Positions 37,249 through 46,127 of a DNA stretch of 64,000 nt are shown here, piece after piece; the stretch's first letter is position 1; each line of letters begins with the position of its first letter. Location: IMG/VR virus record IMGVR_UViG_3300008952_000003, positions 129,158-193,157 of that record; one strand, given 5' to 3'. This stretch comes from a virus. The position numbers and the translations under genes were made by a program. The notes under the pieces are model-generated. The model did no database searches, was not told the origin of the DNA, and worked only from the letters and a program-made list of their open reading frames with translations.

Positions 37249-37503
37249 ATGATTAAAACTTGTAAACACTGTGAAATAGAATTCAATGTCAACTCGCGCC
37301 AAAAGCGCCTCGTCGGAGGATACATTAATGAGTGTCCAGATTGCGTCGAGGAGCGAGGTGGTGATAACTCGGAGCCCAAACACTTCGGAGTGACCGGTTC
37401 ACTCGGTGACGATGTTTCGGTAGTTCGCTTTGATAGTCAAAAGAAGCGAGATCAATTCCAGAAAGAGTATGGAGAAATTAAAACCCTCAAAGACTTTTTC
37501 TAG
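37249..37503 (+). CDS. small Zn-ribbon protein
   Basis: CKHC...ECPDC. Confidence 0.7.
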   Translation: MIKTCKHCEIEFNVNSRQKRLVGGYINECPDCVEERGGDNSEPKHFGVTGSLGDDVSVVRFDSQKKRDQFQKEYGEIKTLKDFF

Positions 37504-37560
37504 TCTTGACATTCTCTTGACAATTTAACCATTGACTTAACCTTGAAAATCATGTATAAT
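37504..37560 (+). promoter_or_regulatory. 57-bp early promoter module, copy 2
   Basis: TCTTGACATTCTCTTGACAA..TTGACT-17-TATAAT. Confidence 0.9.
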
Positions 37561-37586
37561 TATTAGAAATCACACAGGAGCCTAAA

Positions 37587-38729
37587 GTGCTAAAATCAAA
37601 CCTATCTGTAGTACCCTCCGTCATCCCACCACTTCCACAGCAGTCCGCTATCCAGTGGGATACTTATCTTAAATCGTGCCCCACCCGACCAGCTCGGTGT
37701 CCGGTACGCGAACACGCCGGGATCAATGGCGGTATCGCAAAAGAATATTTAATAGATATTCACTTAATCGTAAAAGACCCTTACTATCAAAATCGCCTTC
37801 TCGGTGCCCTTGCGAACAAGATTAGTGAGTTAGCTAACCAACTCCACACTTGTCCAGAAGGGCTGAAAGTTGGTATCTGTGTGGCTCTTGGGCCCAACGG
37901 CGACCTTCTATTACGTTGGGGTAACCACCGACTTCGCGCAACTAAGCAAAACAATGGAAATAACTTAGCTATCCCTAACATGCCCGTAGGAAAAATCTGG
38001 GCTTCAATTTATGACTTTCCAACGTCACAGGTTCGCAAGTGGCAAGCTGTAGAAAATAACATACACGATGTCTCTAGTCCTGCTACAAAAGACGATAATG
38101 TACTTTCTTTGAAGGAAATGGTTGCCGCTGGCGAATTGGATACTTCTGCTTCCAAGTTTGTCGATTGCGACGACGAAGAAAAGGATAAGCGTTTAAAGAA
38201 GATTATTAAAGAAACGATGCCAAGTTGGTCGACCAAAATTAAACGTTTGATTAAGGAGTTTCGTCGCCAAAATACCAATGTTTATCGAGTGGAATCGTAT
38301 ACAGCCCGCGAAATGAAAACTTACTTTAAGAAAAACTGTCCACTTCACGGAGAACTTGATTTTAGCTCCTATTCGGAGAGTAATAAGAATATTATTAAGT
38401 CCACATTGCCAGATGGTTCAGTTCGTTCGAGCAAGATTGTATTTACTCATGCTGCCAGCGCAGACCTTGGCGGCGCAATCTTTCAAACTGCCATGCAAAA
38501 CAAATTTGTTGACGTAGACTGCGACGAAGTTGTCTTAGTAAGTTGTCATAGCGGCAAGGCTGAAGCTGGTTTGAACTCGACTCGAAAGGACCGAGAAACA
38601 TTAGTCCGAACTTGGAATTCGGCACTACCAGGCGGTTCTCATACAAGGTTGATTGATAGGATCTTCGTACTTCCGCAGACAACAGCGGAAAAGAAAGGTT
38701 CTAAGTTTATTTCTAAGAAGCCTCTATAG
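37587..38729 (+). CDS. ParB-like N-terminal domain protein (paralog of 16809-17936)
   Basis: WGNHRLRA, EN...SPATK shared with paralog. Confidence 0.6.
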   Translation: MLKSNLSVVPSVIPPLPQQSAIQWDTYLKSCPTRPARCPVREHAGINGGIAKEYLIDIHLIVKDPYYQNRLLGALANKISELANQLHTCPEGLKVGICVALGPNGDLLLRWGNHRLRATKQNNGNNLAIPNMPVGKIWASIYDFPTSQVRKWQAVENNIHDVSSPATKDDNVLSLKEMVAAGELDTSASKFVDCDDEEKDKRLKKIIKETMPSWSTKIKRLIKEFRRQNTNVYRVESYTAREMKTYFKKNCPLHGELDFSSYSESNKNIIKSTLPDGSVRSSKIVFTHAASADLGGAIFQTAMQNKFVDVDCDEVVLVSCHSGKAEAGLNSTRKDRETLVRTWNSALPGGSHTRLIDRIFVLPQTTAEKKGSKFISKKPL

Positions 38730-38780
38730 ACTACACTAGTACCAAGGGGCTGACTCCCCCTAACACCTTTCCATAAGGAC

Positions 38781-38837
38781 TCTTGACATTCTCTTGACAA
38801 TTTAACCATTGACTTTAACTTAAATAACGTGTATAAT
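38781..38837 (+). promoter_or_regulatory. 57-bp early promoter module, copy 3
   Basis: TCTTGACATTCTCTTGACAA..TTGACT-17-TATAAT. Confidence 0.9.
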
Positions 38838-38861
38838 GTATGTATAAATAGGGAGAGAGGC

Positions 38862-38886
38862 GCGGGTTCAAATCCTGTCACGACCA
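38862..38886 (+). pseudogene. tRNA 3'-half remnant
   Basis: GCGGG-TTCAAAT-CCTGT T arm then CACGACCA; no 5' half. Confidence 0.5.
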
Positions 38887-38965
38887 AGGGACCAGTTGTG
38901 AAGTGTTGCTAGGTGGCACGCTCGCCCTATTTATATCACCAATCAATTCAAACCAGGAGCCCAAA

Positions 38966-39130
38966 ATGCTGAACGACCCATCACTTCAAGACCTCATTCA
39001 AGAAACCATCGAAGAATATTATAAAGAAGAATATAATTACGGTTTAGATTATGACGAAATGCCAGAAGATTTAGAGGGCGAATGCCCCGAGTGGATTAAG
39101 GAACAACTTGATGACGACATCCCATTTTAA
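38966..39130 (+). CDS. small acidic hypothetical protein
   Basis: SD AGGAG before ATG 38966. Confidence 0.55.
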   Translation: MLNDPSLQDLIQETIEEYYKEEYNYGLDYDEMPEDLEGECPEWIKEQLDDDIPF

Positions 39131-39356
39131 ACAAGGAACACAAACAACACTGAAGCCCAATAAAGGGGCATCACAGCGGACCCGAAATCGTATTCGCGAA
39201 AAGGGTCCGTCTTTTATTGTCGAGCTTGAGGCGACAATGTTAACCAACACAGCCTCTTCAATTGATGGGAAAATTTGTGTTTGCTTTCGACAAATCGATG
39301 GTGATTGGTCGGGTTGGCTCCCCGTCGACGAGATTCACGCAATAACTTCACTATGA
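39108..39356 (+). CDS. small hypothetical protein
   Basis: overlapping operon ORF. Confidence 0.6.
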   Translation: MMTTSHFKQGTQTTLKPNKGASQRTRNRIREKGPSFIVELEATMLTNTASSIDGKICVCFRQIDGDWSGWLPVDEIHAITSL

Positions 39357-39367
39357 GAGAGAGCAGC

Positions 39368-39592
39368 ATGAAAAGACAATACTTCGAGCCAGGGCAAATT
39401 GTTCAGCTAGACCGCCCAGAATTGGGCGAGCGCGATACGTGGAGATTTATTGTTCTATCTTCGGGTCACAGTCGGTCGCGTCCACCTGGCCGATATTCTC
39501 TTTATTGCATTCGCGCCCCATCTTATCGTAAAGCAGACCTCAATACCATTCAGTATGTATCTGGTTGCAGCCTGCGAATAACGGAGGACTAA
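39368..39592 (+). CDS. small SH3/KOW-like array protein
   Basis: YFEPGQIVQL. Confidence 0.6.
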   Translation: MKRQYFEPGQIVQLDRPELGERDTWRFIVLSSGHSRSRPPGRYSLYCIRAPSYRKADLNTIQYVSGCSLRITED

Positions 39593-39595
39593 TAA

Positions 39596-39817
39596 GTGAA
39601 GTTTAAATCATCAGATTTTAGCAAGGGTCAATTTTATAAGTTGAAGACCCAATCCTTTATTATCTTGGATAAGGAATCAATAAGTGGGTGGTTCGACCGC
39701 ATCTCTGTGTACTTTGTCACGTGCAGAAACAAGCAGTTAAGAGGAAAGAAAAAAGAATTTACCAGTGGTGGTTTTGAAATTTACTTAAACAAGCTTTGCT
39801 CCAGCGAACATAAATAA
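39596..39817 (+). CDS. small SH3/KOW-like array protein
   Basis: DFSKGQFYKL. Confidence 0.55.
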   Translation: MKFKSSDFSKGQFYKLKTQSFIILDKESISGWFDRISVYFVTCRNKQLRGKKKEFTSGGFEIYLNKLCSSEHK

Positions 39818-40042
39818 AATGACCGAGGAGGTTACATAACTTGAAAGCGTAGCCCGTTGCTATATAGGGCTACCTCTTGATTCTAAGGGTTGGCGACAGC
39901 GCTGCTTCAGGCGCGGCGCATTATGAGCCTTCTATCTCCATTATCAAGGGGGCGCGCGCGAAGCGTCAACAAACAATTTATGTAGATAGGAAGCCGGATA
40001 TCCGAGCAAAACGGCATCGACCTCCTCGGTCATTTTATTTAT
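39810..40042. ncRNA. putative structured ncRNA closed by a 23-bp perfect inverted repeat
   Basis: 39810-39832 is the exact reverse complement of 40020-40042; nested stems inside; no ORF. Confidence 0.6.
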
Positions 40043-40047
40043 AATTC

Positions 40048-40104
40048 TCTTGACATTCTCTTGACAATTTAGTTCTTTACTTTCTCTCTAAAAGCGCGTA
40101 TAAT
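40048..40104 (+). promoter_or_regulatory. 57-bp early promoter module, copy 4
   Basis: TCTTGACATTCTCTTGACAA..TTTACT-17-TATAAT. Confidence 0.9.
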
Positions 40105-40130
40105 GTAAGTATACAAAAGAGAGTTGTGCC

Positions 40131-40379
40131 ATGCTAGACATCAATAACTTAAAGTCAGGGCAAATGGTGAGATACTCCTCAAAGATCTTTGATTCTGAGA
40201 AATCGGTAGAGTCTTTGTGGATATTGCTAGAGGAAGAACTCGGAGCCCATCCGCTGGGCCGCGCGTTCAAACTGTATCAAATATATGATAGTCAAAACTA
40301 TGTCGACCCCCAGTACATAACAGTTACTTACATTTTTAACTCACTCAACGCTAAAGATTTCACGCTGGAGGTGCCATGA
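40131..40379 (+). CDS. small SH3/KOW-like array protein (tandem paralog A)
   Basis: LKSGQMVRYS...VESLWILL. Confidence 0.65.
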   Translation: MLDINNLKSGQMVRYSSKIFDSEKSVESLWILLEEELGAHPLGRAFKLYQIYDSQNYVDPQYITVTYIFNSLNAKDFTLEVP

Positions 40380-40636
40380 TAGATATCAATAGCTTAAAGT
40401 CAGGGCAAATGTTAAGATATTCCGTAAAATTGTATGCATCGCAGGAACACGTTGAATCTTTGTGGATATTGCTGGGGGAAAGTAAAGCGCATGCGTTCTG
40501 CCGCCCCGGAGAAAGATTGTTCAAAATGTATCAAATATATGATAGCCACAATGACCTTTTCATCTTGCGTAATCGACCAACCGATTACATTTTTAACTCA
40601 AGTACCATTAAGAATTTTGTATTGGAGCCGGCATGA
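40376..40636 (+). CDS. small SH3/KOW-like array protein (tandem paralog B)
   Basis: LKSGQMLRYS...VESLWILL; clearly similar to 40131. Confidence 0.65.
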   Translation: MIDINSLKSGQMLRYSVKLYASQEHVESLWILLGESKAHAFCRPGERLFKMYQIYDSHNDLFILRNRPTDYIFNSSTIKNFVLEPA

Positions 40637-40845
40637 AAGATGAGCTTAAAGCAGGACAATTAAGAACTGTTCCACGTGGTGGGCTTGAGGGCGCAGTGGT
40701 TATTCTTTTGGATATACAGGAACACGCAAGAGTGTTGACCCCCAAGAATCAGATTTGGAACTCGATTATCGTCTTTTCACCCAGTCCATACTGGGAGCCT
40801 GGCGAGAAAATAGGTCTTCGTGGCATAGATTTGATGAACTGGTGA
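40633..40845 (+). CDS. small SH3/KOW-like array protein
   Basis: ELKAGQLRT. Confidence 0.55.
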   Translation: MKDELKAGQLRTVPRGGLEGAVVILLDIQEHARVLTPKNQIWNSIIVFSPSPYWEPGEKIGLRGIDLMNW

Positions 40846-40848
40846 GTT

Positions 40849-41082
40849 ATGGATTTCGAACCCGGCCAAGTCCTGAATCTATATAGTGGCTACGAGCAGA
40901 GCGCTGAAGAGGAGCTATTGTCATCCAGTATAATCGTGGAAGTTCGAGAGCACTCCCTGCTTCTGTTTAAATTTTATACTAGATTTCCAGACCCAACAGA
41001 GGGCGCCCTCGTACTTCAAGCTAAAGAATATATAGAAGAAGAGTGGGATAATAAATATTTCTATTGGAGAATAGAAAGTTAA
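40849..41082 (+). CDS. small SH3/KOW-like array protein
   Basis: DFEPGQVLNL. Confidence 0.55.
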   Translation: MDFEPGQVLNLYSGYEQSAEEELLSSSIIVEVREHSLLLFKFYTRFPDPTEGALVLQAKEYIEEEWDNKYFYWRIES

Positions 41083-41086
41083 TTCT

Positions 41087-41143
41087 TCTTGACATTCTCT
41101 TGACAATTTAGTTCTTTACTTTCTCTTCGAAAGCGTGTATAAT
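41087..41143 (+). promoter_or_regulatory. 57-bp early promoter module, copy 5
   Basis: TCTTGACATTCTCTTGACAA..TTTACT-17-TATAAT. Confidence 0.9.
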
Positions 41144-41168
41144 GTATATATAGAATGGAGTTTACCCT

Positions 41169-41771
41169 ATGTCAGAACAAGCCAAAAGACTAGATGCCTT
41201 CCTGAACAACAACAGTATTTCTGCCTCTGAACGCTCTTTTGGGGCCTCCCTAAAAAAGAGTGTTACAAACTACGGAAAGATGACAGAGCGCCAGTGGAGT
41301 GCTTTTCAGCGCATGGAGGCGCGCCATAGCCCCGAAGTCAAGGCCGCTCGAAAACAATGGGAGCAAGACTGGACCGAGGAGAAGGCCAAGAATCTCCGAA
41401 CCGCCGCCGAATACTATCTATGTAATCCTCCATACTTCGGAGAGGCAGCCCGAACAATTATCGCAGACCCCACCTACATTCCAAGTCAAAAATTGTATCA
41501 TAAGATGGTAGAGAATAAGTATGTTCAGAAGGTTTTAACGACACTCGCCACAGAGCCGCTCTATCCAGTTGGCAGTCTTGTCCAGGTCAGAAAGACCGCC
41601 AGAGAATATGCGTACAAGCTCCGCGACCGCCAGGCGCTAGTTGTAATGAATGACGGCGTAGTCAAGTCAGCCGCCAAGGGCGCCCGAACTTACACAATTC
41701 TTCCATTCGGAGAATCAGGCACCATCACCATCGAAGAACGCTGGCTCAAGAGAGCCCCGAGGGCTAAATGA
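41169..41771 (+). CDS. hypothetical early protein with C-terminal SH3-like segment
   Basis: YPVGSLVQVRK near C-terminus. Confidence 0.7.
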   Translation: MSEQAKRLDAFLNNNSISASERSFGASLKKSVTNYGKMTERQWSAFQRMEARHSPEVKAARKQWEQDWTEEKAKNLRTAAEYYLCNPPYFGEAARTIIADPTYIPSQKLYHKMVENKYVQKVLTTLATEPLYPVGSLVQVRKTAREYAYKLRDRQALVVMNDGVVKSAAKGARTYTILPFGESGTITIEERWLKRAPRAK

Positions 41772-42025
41772 GCACCCATCTATCCCCGAATCCGGGAGAT
41801 ATCCTTGAGGAGAACTGCCCCAGAAGTGATTTCAGGGCAAGATATATTGTTTTATCTATTATCCAAGATAAGCATGCCCCTACTCATGGAAATTCTTACA
41901 AGTTGTACACCTTGTTTGTCGAGTCTCCGTGCCCATCGGATAGGGATTTGCAGGGTACAATCGACACCGTATACAATCTGGAAATAAACAACACCGACCA
42001 CGACGAATGGCGTATCATCTCTTGA
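41768..42025 (+). CDS. small SH3/KOW-like array protein
   Basis: PNPGDILEE...RYIVL. Confidence 0.55.
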   Translation: MSTHLSPNPGDILEENCPRSDFRARYIVLSIIQDKHAPTHGNSYKLYTLFVESPCPSDRDLQGTIDTVYNLEINNTDHDEWRIIS

Positions 42026-42076
42026 CATTCTCTTGACAACTTTTCTCTTTACTTTCTCTTGAAAAGCGTGTATAAT
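42020..42076 (+). promoter_or_regulatory. 57-bp early promoter module, copy 6
   Basis: TCTTGACATTCTCTTGACAA..TTTACT-17-TATAAT. Confidence 0.9.
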
Positions 42077-42124
42077 GTATATGTAAGTTAGAGATTCGCC
42101 TACAAACTTTTTGGAGCTATCACA

Positions 42125-42919
42125 ATGGCATACACAAGAAACTACAAAAGAACCGTCCGATGCTCATACTGCGGAGATTCCGGTCACAACCGCTCATCAT
42201 GCTCAAACCTGAAAGAGCATATTGAAAAACTACGCGCCGAACACGGCGACGAGCATTATACCGTTCGAGTCCATGACCGCAAGAAAGCAAAACGGAAGGC
42301 CAGCGGAAAGAGTCGCAAGTGTTCATACTGCGACGAAGGCGGCCACAACCGCGCAACCTGTTCGCACTTGAAAGAGCACATGGCTGAAACCAGAGCTAAA
42401 AACTCTGAATTCAGGAAGGCTGTTTATAGGCACCTGTGCCGCCTGGGAATAGGCGTTGGGGCCATAGTTTCGAGCGACACCCACCAGAATCGTATCGATC
42501 CAGACAACTTTGAGAGTGCGCGCTACCGAGTTCCGCAGATTGTAACAGATATAAATTGGCTCGGAATCAACGTATGGAACCGCGAAGTTTGGTATTTTGA
42601 CAGTTCCTCCTCGGGCCACACTGGCGACCGCCCAGCACCTCTTTTCGTCGTTCCTATGGGGAACCTCGGCGCCTACAACTGGAAGAATGTAATGGGCTAC
42701 CCGTTCGATGAGGAGCTTTTAAAGCTGTTTTTGAACGAGCGTCTTTTGGGAGAGCTAAAGGACGGCTCTCACTGGCGTGCTAATGAGAAGGAAAACCACT
42801 TCTTAACTATTGAATCACCCGTTCCGCCCACTGCCCCACCTAAAGGCTGGTTTAGTTCCAAGGACAAGAAAATTAAAGAGATTTACAAGCGCCGAAAGAG
42901 TTGGCAAGGGGCTTTATAA
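42125..42919 (+). CDS. protein with two CCHC zinc knuckles
   Basis: CSYCGDSGHNRSSC and CSYCDEGGHNRATC (CX2CX4HX4C). Confidence 0.85.
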   Translation: MAYTRNYKRTVRCSYCGDSGHNRSSCSNLKEHIEKLRAEHGDEHYTVRVHDRKKAKRKASGKSRKCSYCDEGGHNRATCSHLKEHMAETRAKNSEFRKAVYRHLCRLGIGVGAIVSSDTHQNRIDPDNFESARYRVPQIVTDINWLGINVWNREVWYFDSSSSGHTGDRPAPLFVVPMGNLGAYNWKNVMGYPFDEELLKLFLNERLLGELKDGSHWRANEKENHFLTIESPVPPTAPPKGWFSSKDKKIKEIYKRRKSWQGAL

Positions 42920-42925
42920 GCCCTT
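42906..42925 (+). terminator. hairpin, possible terminator
   Basis: AAGGGGCT-TTATA-AGCCCTT at the ORF end. Confidence 0.45.
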
Positions 42926-42931
42926 TATCAC

Positions 42932-42988
42932 TCTTGACATTCTCTTTACAATTAAAGTATTGATTTATGTTCTAAAAGCGTGTATAAT
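42932..42988 (+). promoter_or_regulatory. 57-bp early promoter module, copy 7
   Basis: TCTTGACATTCTCTTTACAA..TTGATT-17-TATAAT. Confidence 0.85.
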
Positions 42989-43033
42989 GTATATATAAGT
43001 TAGAGAAACAACACAACAACCTGGAGACTTAAT

Positions 43034-44188
43034 ATGTCTATTGCTATCACATTCGCAAACCTCAATTCCATGATTCCAACACTCCTTTCGGGAGACGAAA
43101 AAGACCTTTATTCAGTTCTTATTCGCGGCCGCCACGGCATCGGGAAATCATGGGTTGCTTATCAAACTGCTGCCGGCCTCACTTGGGACGCCTCGGAAAA
43201 CAAGACGCGTCCGCTAAGAGGGAGCGAAAAAGCCCTCCCAGTGGTTGAGATTCGCGCCTCCCAAATGACCGAGGGCGACCTTCTCGGCCTCCCTTCTCCT
43301 CATGAAGTCGACATTAACGGAGAAAAAGCAGCTTCGTTGCGTCCTTTCGCGTGGCTTGTTAAAGCCTGTACCGAGCCCGTTGTCCTTTTCCTTGATGAAG
43401 TTGACCGAGCCACAACGGAGGTTCGCCAGGGCTTCTTTCAGCTTGGTGATAGTCGTCAAATTAACGGCTGGAAACTTCATCCTGGCACTGTTGTTTTTGG
43501 CGCGGTAAATGGAGGAGTTCATGCTGCACAATATCAGGTAGCTGATATGGACCCCGCAGAGCTTGACCGCTGGGTTACGTTTGACGTCGAGCCATCTATC
43601 GAAGATTGGCTCGCTTGGGGCAAATCCGAAGTTCATTCTATTATCTGGGATTTTGTCAATCAAAACCATGATCATCTTGAGCACAAGGGGGAATTCGAGC
43701 CGGGCACCGTGTACCCTTCGCGCCGCTCGTGGCATCGCTTGAGCAATACTCTTGCAAAAGTTGATATGCTCGACGAAGAGAGTCCAAATCTGGGGCTGCT
43801 ATTCAATCTCTCTCATGGGTTCGTCGGCTTTGAGGCCGCCGTAGCCCTCCGTGATTTTGTTGAGAATTACGAGCGCCAAGTCACTGTTGAGGACATCTTG
43901 GTCCATGGCAGAATAGATAAAACCAAGGACTTCGGACTTGTCGACCACGTGGCCCTCATCGAAAAGATTGACGCAAGTGGGGTTTTCGCCGCAGCAATTG
44001 AGAATTCGAAAATGATCAACTTGGTCGATTACTTCGATGCACTCCCAGCAGAGGCCCGCATGAAACTGTTTACAACCCTGACCGCAGCTAACAGCCAGGT
44101 ATCCGCCGAGAATGGAGCGAACTTCCACCGCGAACTGGCCAAGCAAGGCAAAGTGGAAGCATTTATCAAGCTTCTTGGTGGAAAATAA
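43034..44188 (+). CDS. MoxR-like AAA+ ATPase
   Basis: Walker A GRHGIGKS, Walker B LFLDEVDR, GAVN, DPAELDRW, SRRSW. Confidence 0.88.
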   Translation: MSIAITFANLNSMIPTLLSGDEKDLYSVLIRGRHGIGKSWVAYQTAAGLTWDASENKTRPLRGSEKALPVVEIRASQMTEGDLLGLPSPHEVDINGEKAASLRPFAWLVKACTEPVVLFLDEVDRATTEVRQGFFQLGDSRQINGWKLHPGTVVFGAVNGGVHAAQYQVADMDPAELDRWVTFDVEPSIEDWLAWGKSEVHSIIWDFVNQNHDHLEHKGEFEPGTVYPSRRSWHRLSNTLAKVDMLDEESPNLGLLFNLSHGFVGFEAAVALRDFVENYERQVTVEDILVHGRIDKTKDFGLVDHVALIEKIDASGVFAAAIENSKMINLVDYFDALPAEARMKLFTTLTAANSQVSAENGANFHRELAKQGKVEAFIKLLGGK

Positions 44189-44211
44189 GAGAGTGTGATA
44201 GCAAAGGTTGC

Positions 44212-44250
44212 AGCGCTGGCGTCGGTTGGTTGTTATCCGACGCTAGCGCT
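44212..44250 (+). terminator. 14-bp hairpin, probable terminator
   Basis: AGCGCTGGCGTCGG / CCGACGCTAGCGCT followed by a pyrimidine tract. Confidence 0.65.
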
Positions 44251-44257
44251 CCCTTTC

Positions 44258-44314
44258 TCTTGACATTCTCTTGACAATTTAATCCTTTACTTTTGCGCTA
44301 AAAGCGTGTATAAT
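44258..44314 (+). promoter_or_regulatory. 57-bp early promoter module, copy 8
   Basis: TCTTGACATTCTCTTGACAA..TTTACT-17-TATAAT; leader to ATG identical to copy 5. Confidence 0.9.
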
Positions 44315-44339
44315 GTATATATAGAATGGAGTTTACCCT

Positions 44340-45674
44340 ATGACACCGACACCCTTTAATCTTGACGAACATATTGTTGGCCTTCTCCGAGACGAGCCCT
44401 TCTTCGCCGCCCTCTCGCGCCGCATGGAAAAGGTGGCATCGAGGTCAGTTCCTACGGCTGGAGTAGCTTTTAATGAGGAGCGCGCCCGGTTTGAGCTATA
44501 CTATAATCCCGAATTCATGGCAGACATGCTCTCGCAAGATAAGAAATATGTTAAGGGCATTCTTTTACACGAGTTCTATCATATCATGCTTTTACACGTA
44601 ACTTCTCGCATGCCCGAAGGCAAGATGACGAGAAAGTGGAATATCGCTACTGACCTCGCCATTAACAGCGAGCTATCTGTGTTTGCGGCTAACAGCGAAA
44701 CTCCAACTGGGTACGCCGTTGAAAGCTCGCTCTTGCCGCTCGATAAAGCGCTAATTCCCACTGTTGGGCCATTTTCCGAACTGAAGCCACATCTTTCGGC
44801 TGAAGAGTATATGGTTTTATTACCAGAATCCCCAGAGCAAGATAATAATCCAGCCGACGGCCCCGGCGAGCCCGGTGACGATTCTGACTCCGATGGTCCC
44901 GGCAACCCAAGCGACGGCGATGGTGGTTCGTCACCAAGCGACCAGGAAGGCGACGAACAAGGAGGAGAGGGAAGTGGAGACGGCAACGGCTTCGATGATC
45001 ATTCTGATTGGGGTTCTTCCGATGGTTCCGACGAGAATCGAAAAATAGCCGAAGAGAGACTAAAAGAAGCCATCAAGGAGGCATATGTCGAGGCCCAGTC
45101 TCGCGGTTTTGGTTCGGTTTCTGCTAGCATGAGGCGCACAATTAAGGATGTTATAACTCCCAAGGTAAACTGGCGCTCAATCCTGCGCTCTTTCGTCAAG
45201 GCTTCGCAGAGAGCAGATAGAACCTCAACTATCAAGCGCCTGAATCGCCGATACGCTTACATTCATCCAGGCCGCAAGGCAAAGCGTCAAGCTAAAATCG
45301 CGGTTTCAATTGACCAATCTGGCAGTGTTTCCGATGGCATGCTCGTTGCATTTTATGCAGAGCTTGAAAAGCTGGCAACCATCGCTGATTTTACGATTGT
45401 CCCCTTTGATACCGAGGTTGCAGAAGAGCACATCCATGTTTGGAAGAAGGGCGCCCGCCACGAAAAGACTCGCTATAAGCATGGTGGAACCTGCTTCAAC
45501 GCTCCAACCAGGTGGGTCAACGAGAATAACTTTGATGGTCACATTGTCCTGACTGATATGGAGGCTCCAAAGCCCATTCCTAGCAAGTGTCAGCGTATGT
45601 GGATGACAACCAAGGCGCATGCAGAACGCCCTTACTTCCAGACCAATGAGCGAGTGATAGCAATCAATGACTGA
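44340..45674 (+). CDS. DUF2201-like metallopeptidase plus vWA-like domain protein
   Basis: LLHEFYH, NIATDLAIN, acidic G/D/S linker, SIDQSGS MIDAS, GGTCF, LTD. Confidence 0.85.
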   Translation: MTPTPFNLDEHIVGLLRDEPFFAALSRRMEKVASRSVPTAGVAFNEERARFELYYNPEFMADMLSQDKKYVKGILLHEFYHIMLLHVTSRMPEGKMTRKWNIATDLAINSELSVFAANSETPTGYAVESSLLPLDKALIPTVGPFSELKPHLSAEEYMVLLPESPEQDNNPADGPGEPGDDSDSDGPGNPSDGDGGSSPSDQEGDEQGGEGSGDGNGFDDHSDWGSSDGSDENRKIAEERLKEAIKEAYVEAQSRGFGSVSASMRRTIKDVITPKVNWRSILRSFVKASQRADRTSTIKRLNRRYAYIHPGRKAKRQAKIAVSIDQSGSVSDGMLVAFYAELEKLATIADFTIVPFDTEVAEEHIHVWKKGARHEKTRYKHGGTCFNAPTRWVNENNFDGHIVLTDMEAPKPIPSKCQRMWMTTKAHAERPYFQTNERVIAIND

Positions 45675-45903
45675 TAGATACCTTAAAATCAGCAATATCG
45701 AATCTTTAAAAGCTGGAGATATTCTCTGTCTTCCTATGAAGGGAGAGCTAGGTGAGTGGTCGAGGCTTGTTGTATACGAGGTTACGAAAAGGTTGTTGAA
45801 AACTTATGTATTGCTTGACCAAGCTGGTGGCTGGGCTCCAGGAGATATGTATAGTTTCCAGTTAATTGGCTTCGACCCTGCGAATTGGAGGCTACTAGCA
45901 TGA
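45667..45903 (+). CDS. small SH3/KOW-like array protein
   Basis: SLKAGDILCL. Confidence 0.55.
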   Translation: MTDRYLKISNIESLKAGDILCLPMKGELGEWSRLVVYEVTKRLLKTYVLLDQAGGWAPGDMYSFQLIGFDPANWRLLA

Positions 45904-46127
45904 TTCTTGAGTCTGGAACTATAATCGAGGAAATCTCGGATGGTCAAGTCGATATCCGGTGCCTGGTGTTGGAGTACGAAAAACATCCAACGGTTCGAGA
46001 CTTGGGAACGTATGTTTTATATGTGATATATTCAGGCAATACATACGCGCTCCCCGGCGAGACGATGGTGGTCAGGAGTACCCTTGTTGAATCTACGCAT
46101 GCAAATTATCACTGGAGGATAATCTAA
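45900..46127 (+). CDS. small SH3/KOW-like array protein
   Basis: ILESGTIIEE. Confidence 0.55.
   Translation: MILESGTIIEEISDGQVDIRCLVLEYEKHPTVRDLGTYVLYVIYSGNTYALPGETMVVRSTLVESTHANYHWRII

Noticed and set aside
37060-37383. Minus-strand ORF over the tRNA; likewise 59012-59203 and 59234-59467 over the tmRNA
   Set aside because: Antisense to structured RNA genes; no coding evidence
39810-40042. Retron msr/msd or DGR element
   Set aside because: No reverse transcriptase or template/variable repeat pair seen in the window
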